A DNA stretch of 64,000 bases, taken from positions 1 to 64,000 of the forward strand of contig JAZDQA010000011.1 in NCBI GenBank assembly GCA_043797085.1. The letters run 5' to 3'. This DNA is from Pseudomonadota bacterium. Lineage in GTDB: Bacteria; Campylobacterota; Campylobacteria; Campylobacterales; Sulfurimonadaceae. The notes under the pieces were generated by a model that was given only the letters and a program-made list of their open reading frames with translations, was not told where the DNA came from and searched no databases. Shown here in pieces: positions 31,110-40,946 of the stretch. Position 1 is the stretch's first letter; each line of letters starts with the position of its first letter. The translations under genes were made by a program, and so were the position numbers.

Positions 31110-32338
31110 GCTTCGATGTAATCCAAATCTTTATGAAATGTCTCATGGGTATAATAAAGGGCCATGGCTCCTAAACTAAAGCATACTGCTCCGACGATTG
31201 CACCGGCTCCTAGTATCCCATAGCTATCCTTGAGAGCAATAAATGAGAGGGTGATGGGTACAACGGCACCACGGACGAAGTTTGGAGCGGTCGTTGCTAC
31301 GGTAGCTCGGATATTAGTCCCAAATTGTTCGGCCGCCATGGTGATAAAGAGTGCCCAGTAGCCACAAAAAATACCCAAAGCAAAACAACTCCAATAAAAG
31401 GCATCAGGACTAGCACCTGTGAGGGTATAGTACCATAGAACACTCACTGCAGAGAGGGTTAAGAAAAGGGTAAACGCTTTTTTACGGCTTTTGAGTTTTT
31501 GAGAGAGGTAGCCGCTGCTGAAATCACCGATGGCCAAACCGATGTAACAATACATCAGTGCAGTTCCTGCACTTACTTCTCCCGTAATTTGGAGAGCTTT
31601 TGCAAACTCAGGGGAAAACATCACCAAAACGCCGACGACAAACCATAGCGGAATGCCAATCGCAATGGTCTTAAGATATTTGCCTAAAAGAATTCGATTC
31701 TTAAAGAGAGAGAAGAAATCACCGCGTTTGATGTTTTCACTAAGGTTGTGTTCAAACATCCCAGATTCTCGTACTCGCAGACGTAAAATGAGGAGAGAAA
31801 ATCCCAGTAATCCACCGAAAATATACGCGTTGCGCCAATCAAAATGCTGTGCTACGAGATTGGCGGCAACAACACCCAATACTCCGAAACTTGCAATACT
31901 CATGACACCGTACCCGCGAAGATGTTTGGGAAGGATTTCAGCTACAAGAGTAACGCCTGCTCCCAATTCTCCAGCGAGACCGATACCCGCAATGAAACGT
32001 AATGCAGCATATTGTTCAACATTGGTGACAAAAGCATTCAGAAAATTGGCAACGGAGTAAAGAATAATAGAGGCAAAAAGAACGGAAAGACGACCTTTTT
32101 TATCTCCTAATATTCCCCATAAAATACCACCGAGGAGCATTCCGCCCATTTGCATATTTAGTATCGTCGAGCCCCATGAGGTAATTTCATCGGCATTTAG
32201 ACCAAGTTCGCTCAAACTTGCCACTCGGACAACACCGAATAAAATGAGGTCATAGATATCGACAAAATACCCCATCGCGATGACGATAACGGGAAGTGTC
32301 AATACTTGACGAAGGGTAGAAAGAGTTGAAGTTGGCAT
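31106..32338 (-). CDS. MFS transporter
   Basis: About 12 TM segments, GILGDKKGR motif A. Confidence 0.92.
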   Translation of the reverse strand: MPTSTLSTLRQVLTLPVIVIAMGYFVDIYDLILFGVVRVASLSELGLNADEITSWGSTILNMQMGGMLLGGILWGILGDKKGRLSVLFASIILYSVANFLNAFVTNVEQYAALRFIAGIGLAGELGAGVTLVAEILPKHLRGYGVMSIASFGVLGVVAANLVAQHFDWRNAYIFGGLLGFSLLILRLRVRESGMFEHNLSENIKRGDFFSLFKNRILLGKYLKTIAIGIPLWFVVGVLVMFSPEFAKALQITGEVSAGTALMYCYIGLAIGDFSSGYLSQKLKSRKKAFTLFLTLSAVSVLWYYTLTGASPDAFYWSCFALGIFCGYWALFITMAAEQFGTNIRATVATTAPNFVRGAVVPITLSFIALKDSYGILGAGAIVGAVCFSLGAMALYYTHETFHKDLDYIEA

Positions 32339-32448
32339 TAAGGCTCCCAGAGTATAGTGTTTTATTATAATCTATTTTGACTTAGATGAAGAAATAGGAG
32401 ATAGTTGTATTATAATATTAATAAATATAATAAGGATGGTATAGAACA

Positions 32449-32721
32449 ATGGTGCAAGAAATCCAAAAAGATATTATTCGATTTGCTCTTGACTTGGCGA
32501 TTGATAGCATTAATACGTATTCAGGGTATAAAGGTGATTTGGTCGTTAAAATTCGTACAAGAAATAAAAGCGATGTTTTGGAAATCCGAAAACATGCCCT
32601 TTTTTTAGAAATTAAAGAAGTGGTTATAAAAGAAAAGCTTGATACAGCGCAATATGAGATTTATTGTGTCACTAAAGATGATAGTATTTATCATTTGAGA
32701 GAAGATACTAATTTTTTCTAA
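32449..32721 (+). CDS. Hypothetical protein
   Basis: 90 aa ORF with AAGGA upstream, in the gap between minus-strand genes. Confidence 0.55.
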   Translation: MVQEIQKDIIRFALDLAIDSINTYSGYKGDLVVKIRTRNKSDVLEIRKHALFLEIKEVVIKEKLDTAQYEIYCVTKDDSIYHLREDTNFF

Positions 32722-33664
32722 TACTTGTTCCGGTTAAAAATACATAATCTTTACCTGTTAGGGTTACTCTAAATTTCTTTTGTTGCAAATATTTTTTACA
32801 ATAATAGACATCTTTGTAGAGCAACGTCATTTCAGAATACGGATAATTCGGCGCTTTGGCACCGTAAATCATCTCTCCACCCATCCAGCGACAGTTTGGA
32901 AATCCTAAAATCATCGCTCCGTCTCGTACTAAATATTCTTGGACGAGCTGCATGAACAGCAGTTTAAAATCAATACCGGGACTTTGGAGAGTACCGATGG
33001 AGATGATGAGGTCAAATTTTCCTAATCCCAGTGAAGCTAAATCATTAATATCATGGACAAAAAAGGTTGCATTTCCTTGCGAAAAACGTTCTCGTGCGTG
33101 AGAAATAGCCGTTTGAGAATGATCGATTCCAACAAGTTCGAGATTGAGATACTCATCATGGGGCAAAATTTGACGAATAAGATCAAATTCGTCTCCGGTA
33201 TTAATACCTAGATTCAAAATTCGCTTTCGCTCACCGACGTGAACACTTCTCAATGCTCGTAAATAAGGATTAAGAAATGCAGGTTCTTCATTTTTATGAA
33301 GTGTTGAAAATTTAGATTGCGTTCCGTATTTTTCTTCTTTTTCATCACTGTGATGAAATGAGTCGCTGAGATCGAGTTTTTCATACGTAATTTGTACAGT
33401 ATGATCCGATAAAAGTTTCGGGGTTAACATTCGGCAAAAAAGTATTTCGCCCAAATCGCTCCATGCCTTGTAGCTGCGGTAAAGATAGTCTGTTTCATCA
33501 ATCGTAATGGTCTCACCCGCGTAGTGTCCACGTTCGATGTCAGGATTGAGAACTTCGAATGTCAGGGTATCAAATTCTTTTAATACGTTTTGCCCCCACG
33601 TAAGAATTTCAACAAGGGGTTCAATGCTAAAAGATTTCAAAACAATTCCCACGGTTGATTCCAT
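32708..33664 (-). CDS. Class I SAM-dependent methyltransferase
   Basis: ILNLGINTG motif I, GIDHS, FDLII. Confidence 0.8.
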   Translation of the reverse strand: MESTVGIVLKSFSIEPLVEILTWGQNVLKEFDTLTFEVLNPDIERGHYAGETITIDETDYLYRSYKAWSDLGEILFCRMLTPKLLSDHTVQITYEKLDLSDSFHHSDEKEEKYGTQSKFSTLHKNEEPAFLNPYLRALRSVHVGERKRILNLGINTGDEFDLIRQILPHDEYLNLELVGIDHSQTAISHARERFSQGNATFFVHDINDLASLGLGKFDLIISIGTLQSPGIDFKLLFMQLVQEYLVRDGAMILGFPNCRWMGGEMIYGAKAPNYPYSEMTLLYKDVYYCKKYLQQKKFRVTLTGKDYVFLTGTSIRKN

Positions 33665-34323
33665 ACATCAAGTTGCGTTTTGCACTCGACACTCACAAAC
33701 CGCTCTCCCTCATCGGGTGCTGAAATAAAACTAAATACCTCATCGTTTAGACGAAAACGCAGGGCATACGCGTGCAAATAGCCTCTCTCTTCTTTGCGGG
33801 CAACATCGGCTTGCGCGTAGCGCTCATCTCCCGCAATAGGGGAACCCAGGCTTTTGAGGGCAACACGGATTTGATGGGTTTTTCCGGTGTGAGGCTTGAT
33901 GAGAAAAAATCGCTCGTGTGTACGCAGTGCGCAGCTGATAAACTGAGTGATAGCCGGATTGTTCATTGTCGGCAGAAGCTTATAATCACCGCGTCTGGCG
34001 CTTCCCATATCTGCCTTGACCCACCCCATTTTTTTCTTCGGTTTGCGCATACTAATAGCAAGATAGTATTTCTCTATCTCACGGCTTTCGAACATTTTTC
34101 CAAACTGTGCAGCGGTTTGCGAATCTTTGGCGAGGATGACGAGCCCTGAAGTCATTTTATCGAGACGGTGGACGGGAAAGAGGGGGATTCCAAGCTGTTG
34201 GGAGACTTGCACAACAAATCCCGCTTCCCCTTCGGAGTGGAAGTTGACTCCTGCACGTTTAACGGTAATGGCAAAATGGTCGTTTTGATACAAAACAGTT
34301 GAATTTTTAGGAAGCTCAATCAA
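33637..34323 (-). CDS. RluA-family pseudouridine synthase (TIGR01621-like)
   Basis: VHRLDKMTSG, TGKTHQIRV, LHAY; start uncertain (TTG at 34323 assumed). Confidence 0.88.
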   Translation of the reverse strand: MIELPKNSTVLYQNDHFAITVKRAGVNFHSEGEAGFVVQVSQQLGIPLFPVHRLDKMTSGLVILAKDSQTAAQFGKMFESREIEKYYLAISMRKPKKKMGWVKADMGSARRGDYKLLPTMNNPAITQFISCALRTHERFFLIKPHTGKTHQIRVALKSLGSPIAGDERYAQADVARKEERGYLHAYALRFRLNDEVFSFISAPDEGERFVSVECKTQLDVWNQPWELF

Positions 34324-34437
34324 GCAGTCTCTTTTATAATAGATACGTGATTGTAGCAAGAGTAAACCTTGTTCCCATTTATTGTATCTAATGATGTACA
34401 ATCTATCTAGTTCTCAAACCTAAATAAAGGAGACCTA

Positions 34438-36741
34438 ATGGCAAAAGATATTGTCTGCGGAATGGAGGTTTCCCCTTCGACACCGTACCAAAGTGATTAT
34501 AAAAATCAACATTACCTTTTTTGCTCCGAGCATTGTCAGCACAAATTTGAAGAGCACCCTGAAAACTTTCTCCACTCTGAAAGCGTATCGTGTCCCAATC
34601 ATAGCTGTTCCATCGATACCGCCAAGAGTGTTCTCTATACGTGTCCTATGCATCCTGAAGTGGAGCAAATAGGACCCGGAAGCTGTCCAAAATGCGGTAT
34701 GGCACTCGAACCCAAAACAGTGCAGCTCGACGATGATACGACAGAATACGATACGATGAAGCGCCGTTTTTGGATCAGTAGCGTGTTGTCTCTCTTTGTT
34801 TTAATCAGTGCGATGGGTTCGGAGTTTTTTCCCGAACAATTTGATACGATGATCGATCCCAAATCGCGTCAGTGGTTTGAAATGCTCCTCTCCGCTCCGG
34901 TCGTATGGTGGGGCGGATCGATCTTTTATATAAGGGCTTACGAATCAATTCGTAACCGCAGCCTGAATATGTTTACACTTATCGCACTGGGTACTTCGAC
35001 CTCATGGATATACAGTGCCGTTGCCGTCCTTTTTCCTGCTATTTTCCCCGAAAATCTATCTATGCATATGGGGATTATCCCGGTTTATTTCGAAGCAGCA
35101 GCAGTCATCACCACCCTTGTCTTATTGGGGCAGGTATTGGAACTTCGCGCCCGCAGCCGAACGAACGATGCAATCCGGCTGTTGCTTGGACTCTCAGCGA
35201 AGAGTGCACGTATTATCCGCCCGGACGGAAGCGAAGAGGAAATATCCCTCAAACTCGTTCAGCCGGGGGATCGGCTCCGTATCCGTCCGGGTGAGAAGAT
35301 TCCGGTAGATGGTATCGTCGTTGATGGGGAGAGTCATGTGGATGAGTCGATGGTGACCGGAGAACCGATTCCGCTCTCCAAAAAAAACGGAGAGCATCTG
35401 ATCGGTGCGACCATCAATACGACGGGAAGCCTTGTCATGGAGGCGCAGAAAGTGGGAGCCGATACGCTCCTCTCCCAGATCGTCTCAATGGTTTCTCAGG
35501 CACAGCGTTCCCGCGCGCCGATTCAGAAGAGTGCGGATCGGGTATCGGGCTATTTTGTCCCTGTGGTTATTTTTATCGCCGTGGTGACGTTTATCGTTTG
35601 GTATTTTTTCGGACCCGAACCCTCATTGGGGTATGCTCTCGTTAATGCCGTCGCGGTATTGATTATCGCTTGTCCGTGCGCACTGGGATTGGCCACACCC
35701 ATATCGATTATGGTCGGCACCGGCAAAGGGGCAATAGAGGGTGTTTTGATCAAAAATGCCGAAGCTTTGGAGATGATGGAAAAGATCGATACCCTCGTCG
35801 TCGATAAGACGGGGACGTTAACGGAGGGAAAACCGAAACTGGTCTCCGTTATCGCACAAGAGGGATGGGATGAAAACAAAATTGTTTCTTTAGCGGCCTC
35901 ATTGGAGCGTTCCAGCGAACACCCGCTCGCCTCAGCGGTAGTGAATGCCGCGCAGGAGAGAGGAGTGCCACTGAGTGAAACGGATCAGTTCCGATCGGTA
36001 ACGGGCAAAGGGGTTGTCGGAAAAGTTGAGGGGTTGGAAATCGCCTTGGGAAATATCAAATTGATGGAAGAACTGGGAATCGAAACGGCAGGACTCTCGG
36101 CTGTGGCGGACGATTTGCGCCGCGAAGGTGAAAGTGTGATGTTTCTTGCCATCGATCATACGCTAGCAGGGCTACTCGGTGTTGCCGACCCGATCAAAGA
36201 GACCACCGCGCAAGCAATCCGTGATTTGCACGAGGAGGGGATAACGGTTGTGATGCTCAGCGGAGACAGCCGTATCACCGCCGAAGCGGTCGCCGCCCGA
36301 TTGGGGATTGATCACTTTGAAGCCGAAGTTCTGCCGCAGCAAAAAGCCGAAACGATAAAACGGCTCCAGAGTGAGGGGCATATCGTCGCGATGGCAGGAG
36401 ATGGGATTAACGATGCCCCCGCATTGGCTCAGGCTCAGGTGGGGATCGCTATGGGGAGCGGAACCGATGTCGCGATGGAGAGTGCGGGAATCACCCTCGT
36501 CAAAGGAGACCTTCGCGGTATCGTCCGCGCACGCCGTCTCAGCCGCGCCACGATGCGCAATATTCGCCAAAACCTCTTTTTCGCCTTTATTTACAACAGT
36601 GCGGGGATACCGATTGCGGCGGGAGTCCTTTATCCATTTTTCGGAGTACTGCTCTCACCGATGATTGCGGCGGCTGCTATGAGCTTCAGTTCGGTGTCGG
36701 TGATTACGAATGCATTGAGATTACGAGGGGAAAAGCTTTAA
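34438..36741 (+). CDS. copA: Copper-translocating P1B-type ATPase with YHS and YTCPMHP domains
   Basis: YHS-like N-terminus, YTCPMHP, TGE, CPC, DKTGT, HP, GDGIND, YN and MxxSS Cu(I) ligands. Confidence 0.93.
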   Translation: MAKDIVCGMEVSPSTPYQSDYKNQHYLFCSEHCQHKFEEHPENFLHSESVSCPNHSCSIDTAKSVLYTCPMHPEVEQIGPGSCPKCGMALEPKTVQLDDDTTEYDTMKRRFWISSVLSLFVLISAMGSEFFPEQFDTMIDPKSRQWFEMLLSAPVVWWGGSIFYIRAYESIRNRSLNMFTLIALGTSTSWIYSAVAVLFPAIFPENLSMHMGIIPVYFEAAAVITTLVLLGQVLELRARSRTNDAIRLLLGLSAKSARIIRPDGSEEEISLKLVQPGDRLRIRPGEKIPVDGIVVDGESHVDESMVTGEPIPLSKKNGEHLIGATINTTGSLVMEAQKVGADTLLSQIVSMVSQAQRSRAPIQKSADRVSGYFVPVVIFIAVVTFIVWYFFGPEPSLGYALVNAVAVLIIACPCALGLATPISIMVGTGKGAIEGVLIKNAEALEMMEKIDTLVVDKTGTLTEGKPKLVSVIAQEGWDENKIVSLAASLERSSEHPLASAVVNAAQERGVPLSETDQFRSVTGKGVVGKVEGLEIALGNIKLMEELGIETAGLSAVADDLRREGESVMFLAIDHTLAGLLGVADPIKETTAQAIRDLHEEGITVVMLSGDSRITAEAVAARLGIDHFEAEVLPQQKAETIKRLQSEGHIVAMAGDGINDAPALAQAQVGIAMGSGTDVAMESAGITLVKGDLRGIVRARRLSRATMRNIRQNLFFAFIYNSAGIPIAAGVLYPFFGVLLSPMIAAAAMSFSSVSVITNALRLRGEKL

Positions 36742-36780
36742 AGCTCTTCACATATATAGTAAAAAGATAGTTACTGAAAC

Positions 36781-36822
36781 TTGACATGCTAGAATATAAT
36801 GTATATAATCATTACATACATT
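36781..36822 (+). promoter_or_regulatory. Consensus sigma70 promoter with overlapping inverted repeat, upstream of the BrnTA module
   Basis: TTGACA(36781)-17 nt-TATAAT(36804); AATGTAT-N11-ATACATT (36798-36822). Confidence 0.7.
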
Positions 36823-36838
36823 TAGTAAAAGGTGAGTG

Positions 36839-37144
36839 ATGTTTGATTGTCTCGATGTCGAACGATTGTGCGGGTTTGATTGGAATGATGGCAATATCCA
36901 AAAAAACAAACTCAAACACGATCTCGATTTTTGGCTGATCGAAGAGATATTTTTCAACGAACCGTTACTCATCTACGAAGATAATGCCCACTCAGAACAA
37001 GAGTGCCGATGCTACGCATTGGGAAAAACCGATGATGGGCAATTGCTCTTTGTCGCTTTTACCGTGCGGGGGCAAAGAATTAGAGTGATTTCGGCACGTC
37101 CGATGAGCAAAAAGGAGAGAAGCTACTATGAAAAAAATACCTGA
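36839..37144 (+). CDS. brnT: BrnT family ribonuclease toxin
   Basis: FDW..GN..KN..KH, E.R..ALG, IRVISAR.MSKKER..YE. Confidence 0.9.
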   Translation: MFDCLDVERLCGFDWNDGNIQKNKLKHDLDFWLIEEIFFNEPLLIYEDNAHSEQECRCYALGKTDDGQLLFVAFTVRGQRIRVISARPMSKKERSYYEKNT

Positions 37145-37385
37145 ACTGAAAACCGAAGATGAGATTGCGACATTTTGGGACGAACATGATTCGACGGAGT
37201 ATATTGACTGGGACAAAGCCAAACCGATGCGTTTGGCAAATCTACAAAAGAGTGCGAAAACGATTTCAATCCGTATGCCTGTTGATATGATCGAAACCCT
37301 CAAAATTCAAGCAAATAAAAACGACATTCCCTATCAGTCGTATCTAAAGATGTTGATTGCGGATGGTTTGAGGGCACATGGGTAA
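37128..37385 (+). CDS. BrnA/CopG-like RHH antitoxin
   Basis: FWDEHDS, ISIRMP, PYQSY; overlaps the toxin gene. Confidence 0.88.
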   Translation: MKKIPELKTEDEIATFWDEHDSTEYIDWDKAKPMRLANLQKSAKTISIRMPVDMIETLKIQANKNDIPYQSYLKMLIADGLRAHG

Positions 37386-37386
37386 A

Positions 37387-37413
37387 TGTCATTCCCGCGT
37401 AGGCGGGAATTCA
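37387..37413 (+). repeat. CGTC-type palindrome, family B (left copy)
   Basis: tgtcattcccgcgtaggcgggaattca. Confidence 0.8.
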
Positions 37414-37430
37414 GTAAAGCTATGTTGAAT

Positions 37431-38324
37431 TTAACTTATGTCATTGAGAATTTTATTGATAGTTTTTAAAACCTCAATTAAGCCTTTGTAGTCAAATTCA
37501 TTAGGTATTTTGCCATCTATATAATATTTTGAATCAAAACATCTGAATTCCTTTGATATAAATAGAAATATTTGTTTGTCTACAACAGCCAATGACATAT
37601 CACTATCTAATTCATTTAAAACTTTTAGAAGTTTTTCTTCTGCAAGTGAATTCAAAGATTTTGTTATTACAGTATGATTATCGCTATAGGTAGAAATGGG
37701 TGAAAAATCTTTTTTTAGCGATTGACGTAACTGTTCTAAAGATGGGAAAATATTTTTTTCATAAATATATATTTCATCAATCCATGATGTGTGAGTTTCA
37801 ATACTAATAAATAATCCTTTATTCATTTTATTAATAAAAATAGGATTTTCAAGATTGAAAAAATCAATATAGATTGAAGCTACTGTGGTTTTTTTATTTG
37901 AAATCTGTATATTAAATGCCCAATATTGCTGTATTGTACTTGATACAATAAATAAATCATATAAAAGAAAAAATCCAGATTTTTTTGCATTTTTGTTTAA
38001 ATCGGAATAGCCAATAAATGCACCTTTTTCATCGATACATTTTAATGTATTTGCAAAAATAGTAGTTGTTAATTCATCTTGGTATTCATATCTAAATGCA
38101 TAAGTTCCTATATAAAAAATCATTGCAGCTATGAATAAAGACATAATGAAAAAGATAATATGCAGACCAAAATGCTGTGTTAAAAGAAAAATACCAATGA
38201 CTACAGCTAATAGTGAAACTGTTAAAATGATAAGCTTATTTTCGACAGCATCTATTTTAGTCTTTAAAGTTAAAATATCAGATTGAACTTTTTGCATATA
38301 CAAATGTTTAAACTTATCATACAT
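37431..38324 (-). CDS. Orphan AT-rich membrane protein (2 N-terminal TM; weakly DUF3137-like)
   Basis: 297 aa ORF, two hydrophobic helices, visibly more AT-rich than its neighbours. Confidence 0.65.
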   Translation of the reverse strand: MYDKFKHLYMQKVQSDILTLKTKIDAVENKLIILTVSLLAVVIGIFLLTQHFGLHIIFFIMSLFIAAMIFYIGTYAFRYEYQDELTTTIFANTLKCIDEKGAFIGYSDLNKNAKKSGFFLLYDLFIVSSTIQQYWAFNIQISNKKTTVASIYIDFFNLENPIFINKMNKGLFISIETHTSWIDEIYIYEKNIFPSLEQLRQSLKKDFSPISTYSDNHTVITKSLNSLAEEKLLKVLNELDSDMSLAVVDKQIFLFISKEFRCFDSKYYIDGKIPNEFDYKGLIEVLKTINKILNDIS

Positions 38325-38390
38325 GGATTTACTTTTAATGTTTTTTTTATGATACGGTATTTTAACTTATAAAGTGAAATAAAATTAAGC

Positions 38391-38417
38391 TGGATTCCCG
38401 CTTACGCGGGAATGACG
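38391..38417 (-). repeat. CGTC-type palindrome, family B (right copy, inverted)
   Basis: Reverse complement cgtcattcccgcgtaagcgggaatcca. Confidence 0.8.
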
Positions 38418-38419
38418 GA

Positions 38420-39136
38420 TTAGTTCGGTATCTCTTCTTGGGATAGTATCCGATACTCCCCATCTTTTAAATTCCCAAGAGTTAAATTTCCAATACGGGA
38501 GCGGTGCAATGCCGTGACATGATTCCCCACCGCCGCGAACATTCGCCGTACCTGATGGTATCGTCCTTCGGTGATTTCTAATGTCACATGTGTTTCATCG
38601 ATTATGGTGAGTTTGGCAGGAAGACACGGAGATTTTTCACCATTTAGCATCAATGTACCTGTTGCGAAAATATTCGTTTCATTACCGTTTAATGGTCGAT
38701 CCAGTGTTACTTCGTAGAGTTTAGGGACATGATATTTAGGGGACGTAAGGCGATGAAGGAGTTGCCCGTCATCCGTAAGCAGAAGTAATCCGCTCGTCTC
38801 TTTGTCGAGTCGTCCGATGGTGGAAATCTTAGGATCACGTTTCTGCCATCTTGAGGGAAGCAGGGAATAAACGAGTTTTCCTTCGCCATCATCATGGGAA
38901 CAGACAAAATCAAGCGGTTTATTCATCATAATAACCATCCCCTCACGCGTGTCGAGTGGTTCACCCTGAAATGCTACATCGTGATGAAATGCTTTGAAAT
39001 CGGTTTTTTTTATGATCTCTCCATCAACGGTAACAAGACCTGCGGCAATGAGTTTTTTGGATTCATTGCGACTTGCATATCCCAGACTGGTGAGAAGTTG
39101 ATCGAGTCGTTGTTTAGAGGGTTTGGAGTTTTTCAT
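38420..39136 (-). CDS. rsuA: RsuA-family pseudouridine synthase
   Basis: S4 domain, GRLDKETSGLLL, EGRYHQVRRMF. Confidence 0.88.
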   Translation of the reverse strand: MKNSKPSKQRLDQLLTSLGYASRNESKKLIAAGLVTVDGEIIKKTDFKAFHHDVAFQGEPLDTREGMVIMMNKPLDFVCSHDDGEGKLVYSLLPSRWQKRDPKISTIGRLDKETSGLLLLTDDGQLLHRLTSPKYHVPKLYEVTLDRPLNGNETNIFATGTLMLNGEKSPCLPAKLTIIDETHVTLEITEGRYHQVRRMFAAVGNHVTALHRSRIGNLTLGNLKDGEYRILSQEEIPN

Positions 39137-40946
39137 CGGTCTCTTTAGTGATTCTATCGAATTCATTACTGGCTGTTTCTAATCTCTCAAACAAGTTTTC
39201 AATTTCTTTCTCATCCACAGAAATACTTTTTGAAAGTTCTTGGAGCTTACCGCTATCACCTTGATTGGAATATTCGATCAGTTTTTCGTGCGATATTTTG
39301 AGCTTATCTTCGAGTTTCATAATTGTATTTTCGCAAGTGTCAATCTCTTTTTTGAGAGGATTAAGGAGTCGTGAACGCTCTTGGATTAGTTCAGCGCGCT
39401 GCTGCTTTTGCTCTTTTTTATTGCTGTTTTGGGTTGCTTTGGCAGGTTTTGGTGCCTCAGATATTTCTTCATCCCATCCGATTTTTTCTAAAAATTGATC
39501 GTAGTTGCCATCAAAAAACTCAGCTCCGCCTTCACGGAAGATAATCAGCTGATCGGCAAGTTCACGCAACAGCATCTCAGAGTGGGTGACGATGACAACA
39601 GAGCCGTCAAAGCGTTTAAGCGCATCGCATAGGGAGTCAATGGACTGCATATCGAGGTGATTGGTCGGTTCATCTAAAAAGAGGAGATTGGCGGGGGTGG
39701 CGATGATTTTACCCAGCATTACGCGAGAGCGTTCACCTCCTGAGAGGATAGAGATTTTTTTATCGGCATCGTCACCGCTAAACATCATCGTTCCGCAAAT
39801 GGATCGGACACGGACATTTTGGAGGGTATTGTCAGCACTTTGAATTTCGTCCGCAATGGTATTATTTTTATCTAACCGATCGATGTTGGTTTGACCGAAG
39901 TGGGCGATAGCGGTCGAGGGATGAGAAATGATTTCTCCGGTAGGTTTTAAAACACCTGCCATTGTATTGAGAAGCGTTGATTTTCCTTTCCCATTTTTCC
40001 CGATAATAGCGAGGCATTTGTTCTTTTCCAAACTAAACGAGAGATTTTGAAAAAGCAGTTCATCCGCAGTGTAGCCAAATGAGAGGTTTTTGATTTCCAT
40101 AATAACTTTGGCGGGAGTAGGGCGATAGGAAAAAGAGAAGGATAAATCTTTTTCACCCTCCAAGGATTCCATAATCCCCATTTTTTCCAGCTCTTTGGCT
40201 TTGGATTGTGCCATGACAGCAGTGGATGCACGGGCTTTGTTGCGAGCGACAAAGTCGATGAGCTCTTCCCGTTTTTTATCATGATTGATTTTGGTCTTGA
40301 CGTACAATTCGTCTTCCCCTGCCATCATTTCATAATATTTGGCACTGCCGCCTTTGATGATCGATACATTACGGCGACGTAATCCCATGGTATGCGTAGA
40401 AACGGAATCCATAAAATCACGATCATGGGTGATAAGAATCACTTCTCCCTCAAATGCACGGATAAACGAGGCAAGCCAGCGAAGTGAGACGATGTCGAGG
40501 TAGTTGGTCGGTTCATCGAGAAGGAGTAAATTGGGTTCGGTAACGAGAAGTTTGACGAGGTTCATCCGTATCTGATAGCCACCTGAAAAGCTCAAGGGAT
40601 CTTTATCCAAATCTTCTTGGGTAAATCCCAAACCGAAAAGAATTTTTTCAACCTTATAGACATCATGTTGGGCATCTCCCACCAAGACAGAGGCACACTC
40701 TTCGCGAACGGTTTTATGGGTGAAATGGAGATGTTGTCGCAATGTTCCGATACGGTAATTTCGCGGGATGAGTATTTCGCCCTTATCGTAAGGCTCTTCA
40801 CTCAAAATGATTTTAAATAGAGTTGATTTACCGGAACCGTTGCGTCCGACAAACCCGATTTTTTGACCTGCGGAGAGTTTGAGATTGAGATTCTCAAACA
40901 GTACGCGTGTTCCGTAGCTTTTTGTAAGATTATTTATTTGAATCAT
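39114..40946 (-). CDS. ABC-F family ATP-binding protein
   Basis: Two NBDs (GRNGSGKST, GKNGKGKST, LDEPTN twice), no TM, C-terminal coiled coil. Confidence 0.93.
   Translation of the reverse strand: MIQINNLTKSYGTRVLFENLNLKLSAGQKIGFVGRNGSGKSTLFKIILSEEPYDKGEILIPRNYRIGTLRQHLHFTHKTVREECASVLVGDAQHDVYKVEKILFGLGFTQEDLDKDPLSFSGGYQIRMNLVKLLVTEPNLLLLDEPTNYLDIVSLRWLASFIRAFEGEVILITHDRDFMDSVSTHTMGLRRRNVSIIKGGSAKYYEMMAGEDELYVKTKINHDKKREELIDFVARNKARASTAVMAQSKAKELEKMGIMESLEGEKDLSFSFSYRPTPAKVIMEIKNLSFGYTADELLFQNLSFSLEKNKCLAIIGKNGKGKSTLLNTMAGVLKPTGEIISHPSTAIAHFGQTNIDRLDKNNTIADEIQSADNTLQNVRVRSICGTMMFSGDDADKKISILSGGERSRVMLGKIIATPANLLFLDEPTNHLDMQSIDSLCDALKRFDGSVVIVTHSEMLLRELADQLIIFREGGAEFFDGNYDQFLEKIGWDEEISEAPKPAKATQNSNKKEQKQQRAELIQERSRLLNPLKKEIDTCENTIMKLEDKLKISHEKLIEYSNQGDSGKLQELSKSISVDEKEIENLFERLETASNEFDRITKETDEKLQTL

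Noticed and set aside
32405..32608. 67-aa ORF overlapping the 90-aa hypothetical
   Set aside because: Alternative frame with a TTG start. The ATG-initiated 32449 ORF is preferred, but this is not certain.
26065..38417. Repeats interpreted as a CRISPR array or integron attC sites
   Set aside because: No regular repeat-spacer period and no cas genes; no clear RYYYAAC/GTTRRRY boxes and no integron integrase in the window.
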